Assembly (NCBI GenBank): GCA_030141605.1
Contig: JAQGDQ010000080.1
Coordinates: forward strand, 1-64,000
Origin: Tubiluchus corallicola
Taxonomy: Eukaryota > Animalia > Priapulida
Length of the DNA: 64,000 nucleotides
Reading direction: 5' to 3'
The notes below the pieces were generated by a model, which did no database searches, was not told where the DNA came from, and saw only the letters and a list, made by a program, of their open reading frames with translations. Shown in pieces: positions 12,201 through 24,200 of this stretch (positions are counted from its first letter, which is position 1; each line of letters opens with the position of its first letter). The translations under genes and the position numbers were made by a program.

Positions 12201-15200
12201 ATGGTCGTACCCAAATGGTCTTGCCCAAATGTCATGTGCCTCCTGAAGAGGCCTACAGTTGACATCATTGTTAGCTATCTTGTCAGGGATTCAGTCACTG
12301 CTGTTTGTTTCTGAAAACTTTGCTTTTTTATGAAGTGGCTATTAGCTCTTGGCTTTCAGTTTTCCTTCATTGTAAAATAAAAAAAAGTTAATCAAACAAT
12401 AATCGTAAGGAGTGACTACCTCTGTTGTTATCATAGCAATTCACAAATTGCATATTGCATTATTACACTTGTAAACAAATAGCACATTTGAAAATGAAGA
12501 ATGACCGAGAATGTTTTAAACTTGTATGTATTTTTTGGGTTTGGTAAAATTAGAATAAACATTCTGTATTACTTTTATCAAACCTTATGCTAGGCAAAAT
12601 GATAAGTGCAACCCGGAAATATTGCAAATGTATTATCAAATTTTTTGTGAAACTTAATAACATTTTAAGCTGTATGACGTCATTATTCATTCAAGAGTGA
12701 GCATGCCCAGGCCTGAAACTCTAAGGTGGTTTTACTAATTACATGCTGAACTTGTTGCACTTTCATTGCTTGAAACATACCAACATTAATCTCAGGTCAA
12801 AATAAGCCCCACTTTCTCGGAGCTTTGATTTTTCCTTAATATTATTGTAAGGGAACTTAATTTGGTGTGTATTAACTAACTCCATGAAATGGTCATGTCA
12901 ATGGGCAAGTGAGCACATCAGCTTAGTCCTCGTTATTCACCTTTTCATTTTATTTATGAAGATATAAAAACTTGTTTGTCGGGTACATTTATATTAACTG
13001 TTTATATAAAAACATAGTTTAGTAATATGTGCTCACTAAAGTTTTTTTCATATGCAGATTCTGTGGTTATGTCAACAAGGCTAGTGATGCAAAATACAAT
13101 TTTAGCAGTAGTGGAAATATCGCAAACAACGAAAATTTCAAGAAATTTGTCAATAATGCAGAACGCCAGAATAAAAGAAGTAAGCGGTCACGCCCAAAGT
13201 TACTGCAGCTCAAGTGGACAATGAAAAACCGACTAAGCCGGTGTTCCTTGCTGTTAGTTGCTGATTATAGATTTTTTAGACACATGGGCCAAAGCAGTGC
13301 TACAAACAGTATAAACTATATGGTATGTAGCTACTGCAGATTACATTTAATAAATGTGGCTAGAATTTTTTTTAGAATTGTTGAGCCAGGTTCAGTCTTA
13401 ACTTTTACTTTGAGTAATTATTTTTTAAATGTCTGCAATCTTCCAGCAATTGGAATACTATTTTTGAATTATCTTTTTCACTCGGCAAGACTTAGTGCAA
13501 GTCGATGTTTTCATATGAGTCTTTTTGGAGCTCATTTTGGAAATCAAGAATTATACTTCCTAAGAAATCAGAAAGCGGGCATCTTAGGAAGTTGGTTGGA
13601 GGGGCATTAGAAAGTTCTTAATATATAGTAATATATAGTCAATTAGAAGAGGAGTACAATTCATTGGAAAGTTCTTAATGTATAATCAATTAGAAGAGGA
13701 GTACAATTCATTGGAAAGTTCTTAATATATAATCAATTAGAAGACGAGTACAATTCATTGGAAAGTTCTTAATATATAATCAATTAGAAGAGGAGTACAG
13801 TTCATTGGAAAGTTCTTAATATATAGTCAATTAGAAGAGGAGTACAGTTCAGTGGAAAGTTCTTAATATATAGTCAATTAGAAGAGGAGTACAGTTCATT
13901 GGAAAGTTCTTAATATATAGTCAATTAGAAGAGGAGTACAGTTCTTCATCTAGTGCCAAGTAAATAATTTGGTAATCTTCTGATCTTCTCATGGAGCTTA
14001 AGTATTAACACAGTCTGACATAATTTGTAAAATCACAAAACATCATAAGAGCTAAGTTGTCTGTTTGCTGTATTTATTTATTAAAAGAACAAAAGTAAGA
14101 TGGTTTTTAGACCATGGCTCACTTGACTTCTAGTTTTCAAATACACATATTTGAGGATCGAGGTGAGGCCCATAGTTCTAGTGGTCACTGCATTGTGCTT
14201 GGTGACAGAAAGTAAAGATTACGCTGAGACTGGGCAGAGAATTCAATGAATGGGCGATTGTTGAGTTTGTTACTAACTCTGGAAGCCATTATATTGATTA
14301 CTGTTGATTATTTTGAAGAGGTAGGATGGTTTACATTCAAATGTGGTTGAGAAACCTATGCCGGTTCAGTGTTTCATTTTACAGGATTATCCTTGATAAC
14401 AAGTTAATGTCTGGTCTTTTCTTGACTATCAAAATTAAGTAAGATTGGCATTTAATACACCTTGCACAATGCCGAATTGTCAAACTGTGTGTTGTACATC
14501 CATCATTTTCAGTACATAATCTTGGAGTAGTTACCATTGATTCATTTTGTGCATTATGAAGCCATGTGGCAAATCTGTGTAGACGTTTTTTTTTGCTCTA
14601 TGGAAAATTGGCGAAATTAGTAAATTATTAGCCTAAAATTTATCTGAAAAACTTGTACACACATGCGGACTATTGTAACATTTTAATTTTTGGAATTTTT
14701 GAATACGAAATTAAAAAGTTCAGCACATTCCTAATTCTATAGCAAGAGAAAAACAGAAAAGTATGATTATATTAATCCAATTATTTCGTAGCTACAATGG
14801 TTTCTGAATTAAGTAGAAAACTAAATTCTGGATTCTATAATGTATCCCTTATAAAGTATTACATACAGTGAAAATATTTGACTAATTTTTCAAAGATATT
14901 ATTTAGATATAATTGCTTGTGGACTAAATAATTTTCATTTATTATAGGCAAATGTCATACAGGTTGTAAATACGATATTCCAAGATACTGTGTGGTCATA
15001 TGATTTGATGGGCAAGTCATTTTTAATTAAAAAAGTGTTAGTTCATACTGAACCACAGAAAAACCTTGAGGATTATTATGCTGGTTTGCACTACAATATG
15101 GAAACGACAGCTCCATGGATTGTCGAACAGTTGTTAAGGGTATTACAGAATTTTACACGTTTTTAATGACAGGGAAACAAATATGTAGTGTGGTTTTTGG

Positions 15201-18200
15201 AAAGTATGGGGACCTTATGCTGTCATGCAGCATCCGTCTTCCATCCTACCACTTTGAGCTTAAACTGGCTATACATAACCACTTGGTAGTCTTGAGATTT
15301 CTGTTATGGGCTTAACTTTTGAAGATGAAGATGGTTTAACAGTTAGAAATGACTTTTTGCTGCACCAATTGAGGAGCGTAGTAAGAGAATCCGAGTCAGC
15401 TCAGTGCGAGGAATTAGAGTGACTTGTCGCCTACTAGTGACCCAACATAAACAAAACGAATTTTTGCCCACCATAGAGGGAGAGAGGGCGGATCACAGGT
15501 TAGAACAAATGCAGCTATAATGTTATGAAGAGGTTGTGTTATAAAGTTAGTGTTATAGGTTTTGTCTCCCAAAATGTCAGAATGTGAAGAATTAGGGTAA
15601 CCTGTTACTTACTGACTAGATAGATAGATAGATAGATATTTTATTTCTGAAAATCACATTTCCAACACGAAAATTACAAACTTGACGCACACCTGATGGT
15701 TTTATCAGCGGGCAGAGCTCAGGTAATGATTTCCAGATCATACTAACAATTTGACTCAACATAGCTGCACAGGTATACATACAGATATACAAATTTAGTT
15801 GTAAACTCCATGAAGCGAAAAAAACCTATTTACTAAGCATTTGTACACATGTATTAAACAAATATTTTACCTATATGATAATCTCCATGATGCGGTTATA
15901 TATCCACTAACAAAGCTATACTATTTAATTCAAAAATCTATGCATACAGTCGTAAATGAAACTACCTATTGACATTAATTCTCCATCAAATAAATTTGCA
16001 ATATTACTATAATTTAATGCGTACAGTGATCTATAAAGTGCATTTTCATGGCACTCGCACAAAAAATGCTCTTCTGTCTGAATTTCTCCACAAAGACACA
16101 GCCTGCGCTCACGAGGTACATTTGCCCAACGACCTGTTTCTATAGCTAGATTGTGTGATGAGACCCTTATTCTTGTGATGATTATACGTTTGTGCTCAGG
16201 TAACTCTGTCTTCCCATACATTGGATGCACAGACAAATTGGGATTTATTTCCAAATAAGTCTTGCATTTAGTACGATTAGAAACTCGGACATGAGTCTTT
16301 CGTCTCTCTACATCTGTCTGTACGTGATTCGCTGTAGACATAACATTGTCTAAATATTTGTATCCCTTTGTTCGTGTATCTTTACATAAATTCCATACCA
16401 GCATAAACGGGCATAAACTAAATGGGCATACCAGCATAAACTAACCAATGTTGACAAAATTATTTTACTTGCTTCCCCAGGTGAGTGCGAATCCAGGATT
16501 TGAGCAATGCAGCTATAAAGCAGGTTTTGACTTGCAAAATGTCACATGTTAGTTGAAGTGTGACAAGTTTTGGGCAATGGCCTGCAATGACCCTGGATTC
16601 TAAGGTCACAGGTCCGAAATTCTTAAAATCCTAAAAATGGCCCAAAATGATCTATGTAAGCTCCATGCGAAAAGTACCATCTACTGACAACCCAGCAAAA
16701 AATACGTTTTTGTGGTGGCTTTCGATGACATTGCGGAAAGGAACCTAAAAACTACTAAACATGGCCAAAAACATCAGCATTTGCTGAAAGAAATTTATAT
16801 GTGAAAACCGTTTGACATTGTTTGACCTTGGAAATTGGTTTTTTTGCTTGCCTTTATTGATCTTGAGTAATTGTGACAGCATTTAGCGAAAAAACTGTCA
16901 AACGTCACGATCTTCAAGACGTCAGACATGAGAATCTAGAGACCTATGGTATCATTGATCTCTGGTTAACCTATATTCATTATAATTAATGAAGTTATGT
17001 GAGTAGATATAAAACAGCTAAAGTTCCAGAGTAGAGTTCATAGTAATTTTTCCAAAAACCTTGGCAAAGAATTCCTGTTCACGTTGTTGGGCCCTTTGTG
17101 AGAAGTACCTTTCTCATAATTGTTAGTTTCTGTTTAAAGTGCCGATTTAAACTTGCTTATTCATTTTAAAGGGATTTAAAAATGACATAGACCTTGATTT
17201 GATCCACTACACATATAGAAAAGGTGATATGACATTTATAGAAAAGGGATTTTTTTTATGCCTTAGGGCAAATGCAAAGTTCCAATTGATCTAAGATCTG
17301 TGAGCTATTAGCAAATAAAAACTTATTATTTCATTATTATTTTATAGCAATTTAGTGTAGAAAACCATAGAGATTATTGTCTGGCACATCTGTTCACTCA
17401 TCAGAAATTTCATGATGGTATTCTTGGACTTGCATATATTGCATCAGCTCGATTGCCAGGAGGTGGAATTTGCACAGTTGGTAAAAAACACTATGTTGAC
17501 TTTTTGTAGTTTGAACTAAACTTGTTAGAAACTAACTTGGGCAGGGCTGAGGATAGCAAAAGTAGATGAATGCGTCATTGTCTCACATGACTAACATTTC
17601 TAAAGCAAACCCTAGCTAGCATGATCATAATTTCATTTAGATTTCAAACTGTCCAATGTTGCTTCGAATGTAACTTGCGGAAGGCTCAGTAAGTGTTTAT
17701 TAATGTTTAAGAATCCTGTCAATGCAAAAGGAAGAAGTTAAAACATTTGTCATACTTCCAGCTTTGAACTCTGCTAATAGAAATTATAGATTTCTATCAT
17801 GTCGCCTCCATACTTTTTGTTTTTATCATTTCTGCCTCTTGCAGCACAGCAGCATGTGTTACCTCTGCTAGCTTAAATTATAAAATAAATTTCTGGTGTC
17901 GTCAGAATGAGTTAGCTATACAATAACAATATATATTTGTACTATTTTATTATTGCCATTATTGTTTCAATTTAATAGGCATTTATTTATTTATTTTTAT
18001 ACAGTGTACATGTACAATCCCCATAAATGTGCGTTTTTATTGCACAATTTGCAAAGGTATTACGAAGTAAAATACATTAAATAGTCAATGTAAAAAATAA
18101 AGAAATATCATAATTAATGTTAGATTAAAAGCATGGTTGTAAAAGCTTGATTAGAATTAAAAAGAAAATGCAGTACAATGTAGCTAATGACTATTTATAA

Positions 18201-21200
18201 GTAGTTTCCTTATTTTCTTTTTAACTTTTTCAAATTTTGTAATTTTACTTACCGTATTTTCCCGTGTATAAGAGACCCTTTTTTGCTCAGAATTTTCACT
18301 TTAAAAATAGGGGGTCTCTTATACATGGGAGTAAGTCTTTTCAATAAGATGCATAAATTGTGACACTAATGATTTTAAAGAAATAAGTGCTCTACAACTG
18401 TTTTGCGTGTCGCGTTCGACTATGAAGCGGTTGTAAGCAATACAAGCATCGTGACACAGGCATTATCTCCTCGTTTTCTCTTTTCCTGTTACAGGTTTGC
18501 AGGTACGCACTTTAATATATACCAGTACTCTTTTTCTACAACACATTAACTGGTTTTATTTTGTTTTCAGTACCGCACTGAGTTGAAAAAAGTTGTACTT
18601 TACCCTCTAAAAATGTCCGTCTGAAAAAACTTTTTTCCAGAATTTTTGCCTAAAAATTGAAGGGGTCTCTTATACACAAGGGTCTCTTATACACGGGAAA
18701 ATACGGTAATTCAGTTTTTATTGCACACTGAGACCGTCTTGTACCAGAATTAGAATTGTACCAGTAGACATAATAAGTAAATTTGTCTGTCTAGTGGTCC
18801 AAGAGATCATATTACAGTTGAATTTTGTTGATTATAGATGGAAGTTGATTCTTCAGTGACTGATATTTTGTGGGGCAAGCAAAAATCAGCACACTTAGCT
18901 AGTTCTTTAACAAATAAAAATTTCAAATTGATGGTGGTGATCGTATTTTTGCTATGACTAGCTGTAAAATTATAATCTTTTGAATTTTGTATAAATGAAT
19001 ATCTGCAACATTACTTTGTGCAGGCAAACACTAAAGCACATGTGAAAATACAAGACTATTCAAAATTCAACAAATGATGTGGTATACAGTTTTTAATATT
19101 ATTAATGCTAGGAAGTGTTCCAGTGGATTTATTAGAATCAGAGTTTATATGCTCAGCCCAGCTTAAATTCGACGCAAAGGTGACTCCCAAATTACGCTTA
19201 TTAGCAGCTTGTTGGATTTTGATGTCGAAAAGCTCTAGTGTCACTGAATCTTGTCAAATTTTGCCTGGTGCCATTTATCATAAATTCCCTTTTTTCAGCA
19301 TTAAGCTTCAGTCCGCTATTGAAATACCAACAGTGCATAGTAGTTAGCACATCCGTGGTATCATTAATTTTAGATTTAGGCATATATGTAGCAGTCAGGG
19401 TATCATCTGAAAATTGTACCTAACTGGTTTCAAAACTGTTTAGTAAGCACATAAGTATTAAAATAGTTTCTAAATATATTGAATAGGAATGGGCCTAAAC
19501 AGCTTTCTTGAAATATTGCTATGTCTTTGTTGAGTTCTTTGGAAATAGTAGACCCAAAGGTTACAGTTTGTGTTTGGCCTGCAAGATATCTTTGAAACCA
19601 AACTTGATATTGCTGCAGTTTATTTAACAACGTATTTTGGTTAACAACATCAAAACATTTGCTAAGATAAAATGTGGTAAGCAGAAATATTTCTGATCTA
19701 TCCATGGAAGGTAAAATATCTGCCATGTAAATTGGGGCAATAGAAGTACTATGGTTCGCTCTAAGAGCATGCTGATAATAATTAAATAAGTGATTGTGTT
19801 TGAAATAATTTACCAATTGTTTATAAACTATTTTTTCAGTAATTTTGCAGATAGCTGGTATATTAGTGAATGATCTGTAATTTTAACTATTATTTACAGT
19901 TCCCATTTTATGGAAAGATTGTACCACTGACTTCTTTATGTATTGGTGAACAATTAACATTATATTCTGGATAAAATGTCATAACAAATTGTTGCTAAAA
20001 TGCCTTGTTTATATATGTTAATTTAAAGCACTTGTAGTATGCTAGTTTATTTGCATATTAATGGATGTTCACCATATGTGCATGATTAGCACAGGCTTTG
20101 GTATGAATTGTTGATTTACTTTTGCTGCCTACTTTGTCGGGTAATTGAAATTAATTATAAATCTTGACTAAAGAATAAGTATATATTTAGAAATAGAACA
20201 TTAATCTAAACTGTAATCCTGGTAATCAAAACTATTAACTAATTTTGCTAGTTTACCATTAATTGAACCTATATTTATTATGGTATTACTTAATTACGTA
20301 AGAGTAAATTAATTTAAAATGATTTTTTGTTCATGTTGAGCCAGGACTTGTTTGTACCACACTATATTTTTACGCAACAATTTGTAGGCAATTGCAGTTT
20401 GTCAGTTTGGGGACAAATATTTTTGAATTGAATTTGTAACTTCCGCATTAGCAGAAGCGTAAGGAAATTGTTATTAAAGAGGTACTCCGGTAGCTTTTTT
20501 GTTTTTACATTTTCTAAGTGTTCCATTTAGAAAAAGCTGCCCAAATTTGAACTCAGAGTGTAGAGCTCAGCTCTTTTGCACTATCAAATAAAAATATCTT
20601 TTATTTCATGCTTTTATTTCACTAGCTGAATATGATAATGAAAAGCTGATGTGGTACAACACTGGTCTGAGCAGCTCACTGAATTTTGCAGAAAATACAG
20701 TATTAAAAAGGCAAGCAAATCTTATCACTGCACATGGTGAGTTATTTATATTATATATATATATATATTTAGTTTATTTAATTTTTTAGTGGAAGCAACA
20801 AAAATACTTTGTTTAATATTATACATAGATTAAAAAGTTGAGACATTTAATTATTGTTATTATTAACATTTATTTTGTGCTTATGATATTATATTCATTA
20901 TAATGCAATAAATACTTTTTTACATTAAAGATATATTTACAAATGTAGAGTCTTACAGACATTAATAGATTAATCATATTAAAATAAAAACTCAAATAAT
21001 AGAAAGTTACATTAAAGAAAACGATGATGATTTTTCTTGTTCTACCTATTTTGAAATACGGGAGAAAGTATACATATTAGCACCTATAATAAAACGAAAC
21101 CATTTCTGATCATTAAATAGTAGGTAAAAAGTTAATTAATGGTGGGCGAGCCCATCTAGTGATGGCATTTTAAGCGAACATAATTTTCAATGGCAGAAGC

Positions 21201-24200
21201 ATTCCACGCTTGTGCTGCATGTGTTTGCGAAAGCAAAAATTTAAATACACTGTGCTACTGTAACATATTTAGTGTGACAAAAACTCAGCAAATTTCAAGT
21301 TTGAAACTCAAATTTTAAGTTTATCGGTGTGCTCACTCATGAGCTGTCAAATATGTGTGCCATGTTACACCTGAACACCTCTGAACTGAGAGGTACAGCA
21401 CCTTTCTTTTGTGCAACTAATTTCTGAGGTCCAGTTGTTAGTGCATCTATATAACAGCGAAGAGCTAGCCATGTGAATGCTAAAATCAAGTTTTTGTCGT
21501 AATAGTTCTTTCACATAAGCCTCTCTTGGAAAAATAGTGTGTTCCCTTTCAATATTTTATAGGGTAGATTGTTAATTTTGAGCTATAGTTTAAGATTGGG
21601 TCCGGTTTTCCTTTAAGTGACTAGCATTGAATAATAAGTCATTTGTTGATATTGCTTACTGATTTTTGCCATGTTTTTGGAGAAAGAGGCATACTGCAGC
21701 AAGTATCCAACATTGATTGGCAGATCTATTATTACTGGTGAAAGGTTATGGTTGTAGAATGTACATGTAGCATTTACTAAATCTTTTTGTTATCAAAGAT
21801 TATCTTGCAAGTTCAGACATTAACACTAGAGACCTATATCTTGGCCTCATTTTCAAGTAAAAACATCTACACTCAGGTTTTCCTGTCTGCACATTATGGC
21901 GAATTATGTGGCAATCGTACAATTGTATGTTTTGCACAGGTTTTGTTGATAAAGTATACTACTTCACACATTATTTTTAAATTAGTTAAAATTTTAGTTT
22001 GATTCATAATAGTGAAGCTATTTTTGAGTGCACCCACTTACCTAGAAAGTTGTGATAAATGAAAAGTAGTTGGATGTAAAAAGAAATTAAAACATTTTGT
22101 TAGCCGACTGTGTAAATATAATTTGATATCAACAATTTTTGTACCCAACATTCATTAAGAATCACCTTTTCATTTAATAGCTGTCAGTCCCTCATTTGAA
22201 CAAGGGCTTATAACTGACGAAGAGGTGACACTTTAGGCAAGAGATTACACAGCACTTACAAATGTGTTATAAAAGCTAAATGATACAAATTATTCTGTAA
22301 TGAAACATTATAATGTTATGCAGAACTGGGACACAACTGGGGCAGTGAACATGATCCGGAGACAGAAGAATGTACTCCTGGAGAACCAGATGGTGCCTTT
22401 CTAATGTTTACCTATGCAGTTAGTGGATACTACAAGAACAACCATAAATTTTCTCCTTGCAGCAGGCGATCAGTGGGGGCAGTATTACTGTCAAAACATG
22501 AAATGTGCTTTATTGGTATGTTCTTACTGTATAATCCACGTATAACATGGTCTTTTTTAAGGGGCCGCTGGTTTTTACGAGTAAATTTGAAAGTCTCGTC
22601 GAATATGTGGCTTAAATAATGTATTTAAGAAATTTAGAAAACTAGTTTAGAAAAGCAACTTGCGGCTAGTTTTATGCTGGAATTTAGTGGGATAAAAAAA
22701 CTGGTCGCTAAACAAGACATTTATTGTTAATTAAGAAAATTGAAAACAATATCAAATACTCAACCCATTGAAAAAACTTCTGCTAAAGCAAGGACTTACT
22801 GTATTTTGGCTATGTTCTCTGAAGACTGCAAGTTAAAGTGTTTGATCGAATTCAGTTCAAGATTACGATCAACACTATTTCATCTGTCAAGTTTTATTCT
22901 TCTGATGTCACATAATTTTTCAGATCATATGATTGTGTGTTAAAGGTTTTATTTTTTCTAGATACAGTGTCATTCAGTTTAATAATTTGCTGTTCTTGCA
23001 GAAGAAAATGTGAGCTTGTGTGGTAACTACCAAGTAGAGGAAGGAGAAGAATGCGACGCTGGTACAATTTATTCGGGAAATGAAGATCCTTGCTGTACAT
23101 CTGAATGCCGACTCCAACCTAGTGCTAAATGCAGGTAATTATCAATTGCCATGAACTTTTTTAGATATGACAAAGGAGTTGTACAGATTATTACATATGT
23201 GGGTTAACGCTCAAGCATCAGTACTGCATACTTCGCAAAAAGCACCAACTTTTGCTACCACTCAATACTTTATTAATTTCGTATTTATTGCATTACTGCG
23301 TATGGCATCCTCACTGTATGTCCCAACCAAATATTGTAAGTCCCAGTGCAATAGAGGTGATTCATTAAATAAAAGATGCTACGCAACGCAGCAGAGATTT
23401 TCAACATAACAAATTAAGCATGCTTTACAATACACAGCAGAGATTTTCAACATAACAAATTAAGCATGCATTACAATAAACTATGACAGATTTATATACA
23501 TTAGAACTTTTGTGGCTTTCTGATATATAACTGGTGATGAACATTTTGGTGCTGCTAGCATTTCGCAAAAATTGTTATTCCAGTATAACAATAAAAAATG
23601 AAGCAAAAAGTGTTCTGCTTACTGTAATGCAAATAAATATGTAAATAAATAAACATCTGTATGTTAAAGACTGTGCAGTTTGTTTGTTTGTAACAAAAAC
23701 TTTATTACAAGTGACAAATGCAGTTGTAACAAACTCTCAGTGAAGTAGGGATACTAAAACCAGCAGCCACTAATAACTCAATATAAGTAGTTTCATGCTT
23801 AAAATGCATATTGCATACTTTTTAATTTGGTTAAAATGAGTATGCAGTATTTTCTACAACAGTACTTATGCAGTATCCAATATCCCAGTTTACAAGCTGA
23901 TAATTAAAAACTATTTAAATCGGCTACATGCAAATATGAACTTTTTTATAGGCTTGAATTAGGTCATTATCTTAGTAGCTTCTCGGCATCGTGTAGTTTT
24001 TAAGGTGCCACTGTCATTTTTTCTAAAAAATATCTGTAGTCTTGCTTGGTTACTTTTTAGGATCTTGCTTTTCTTGCTAAATTTGCCAAGCTGACCAAGC
24101 TGTGTAACATTTATTTTAAAACTATGGATGGCAGACTAAACCCACAATCATTATGGGCTTTTCCACATTATTTCAACATAAACTTGGCTTCAGTAGTTTG

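Noticed and set aside
13606-13944. Regular repeat array resembling CRISPR
   Set aside because: The units are contiguous 47-mers without unique spacers, there are no cas genes, and the array lies in a eukaryotic intron.
16476-16500. B-box-like sequence suggesting a tRNA or SINE (also near 25630)
   Set aside because: No cloverleaf and no properly spaced A-box; too degenerate to call.
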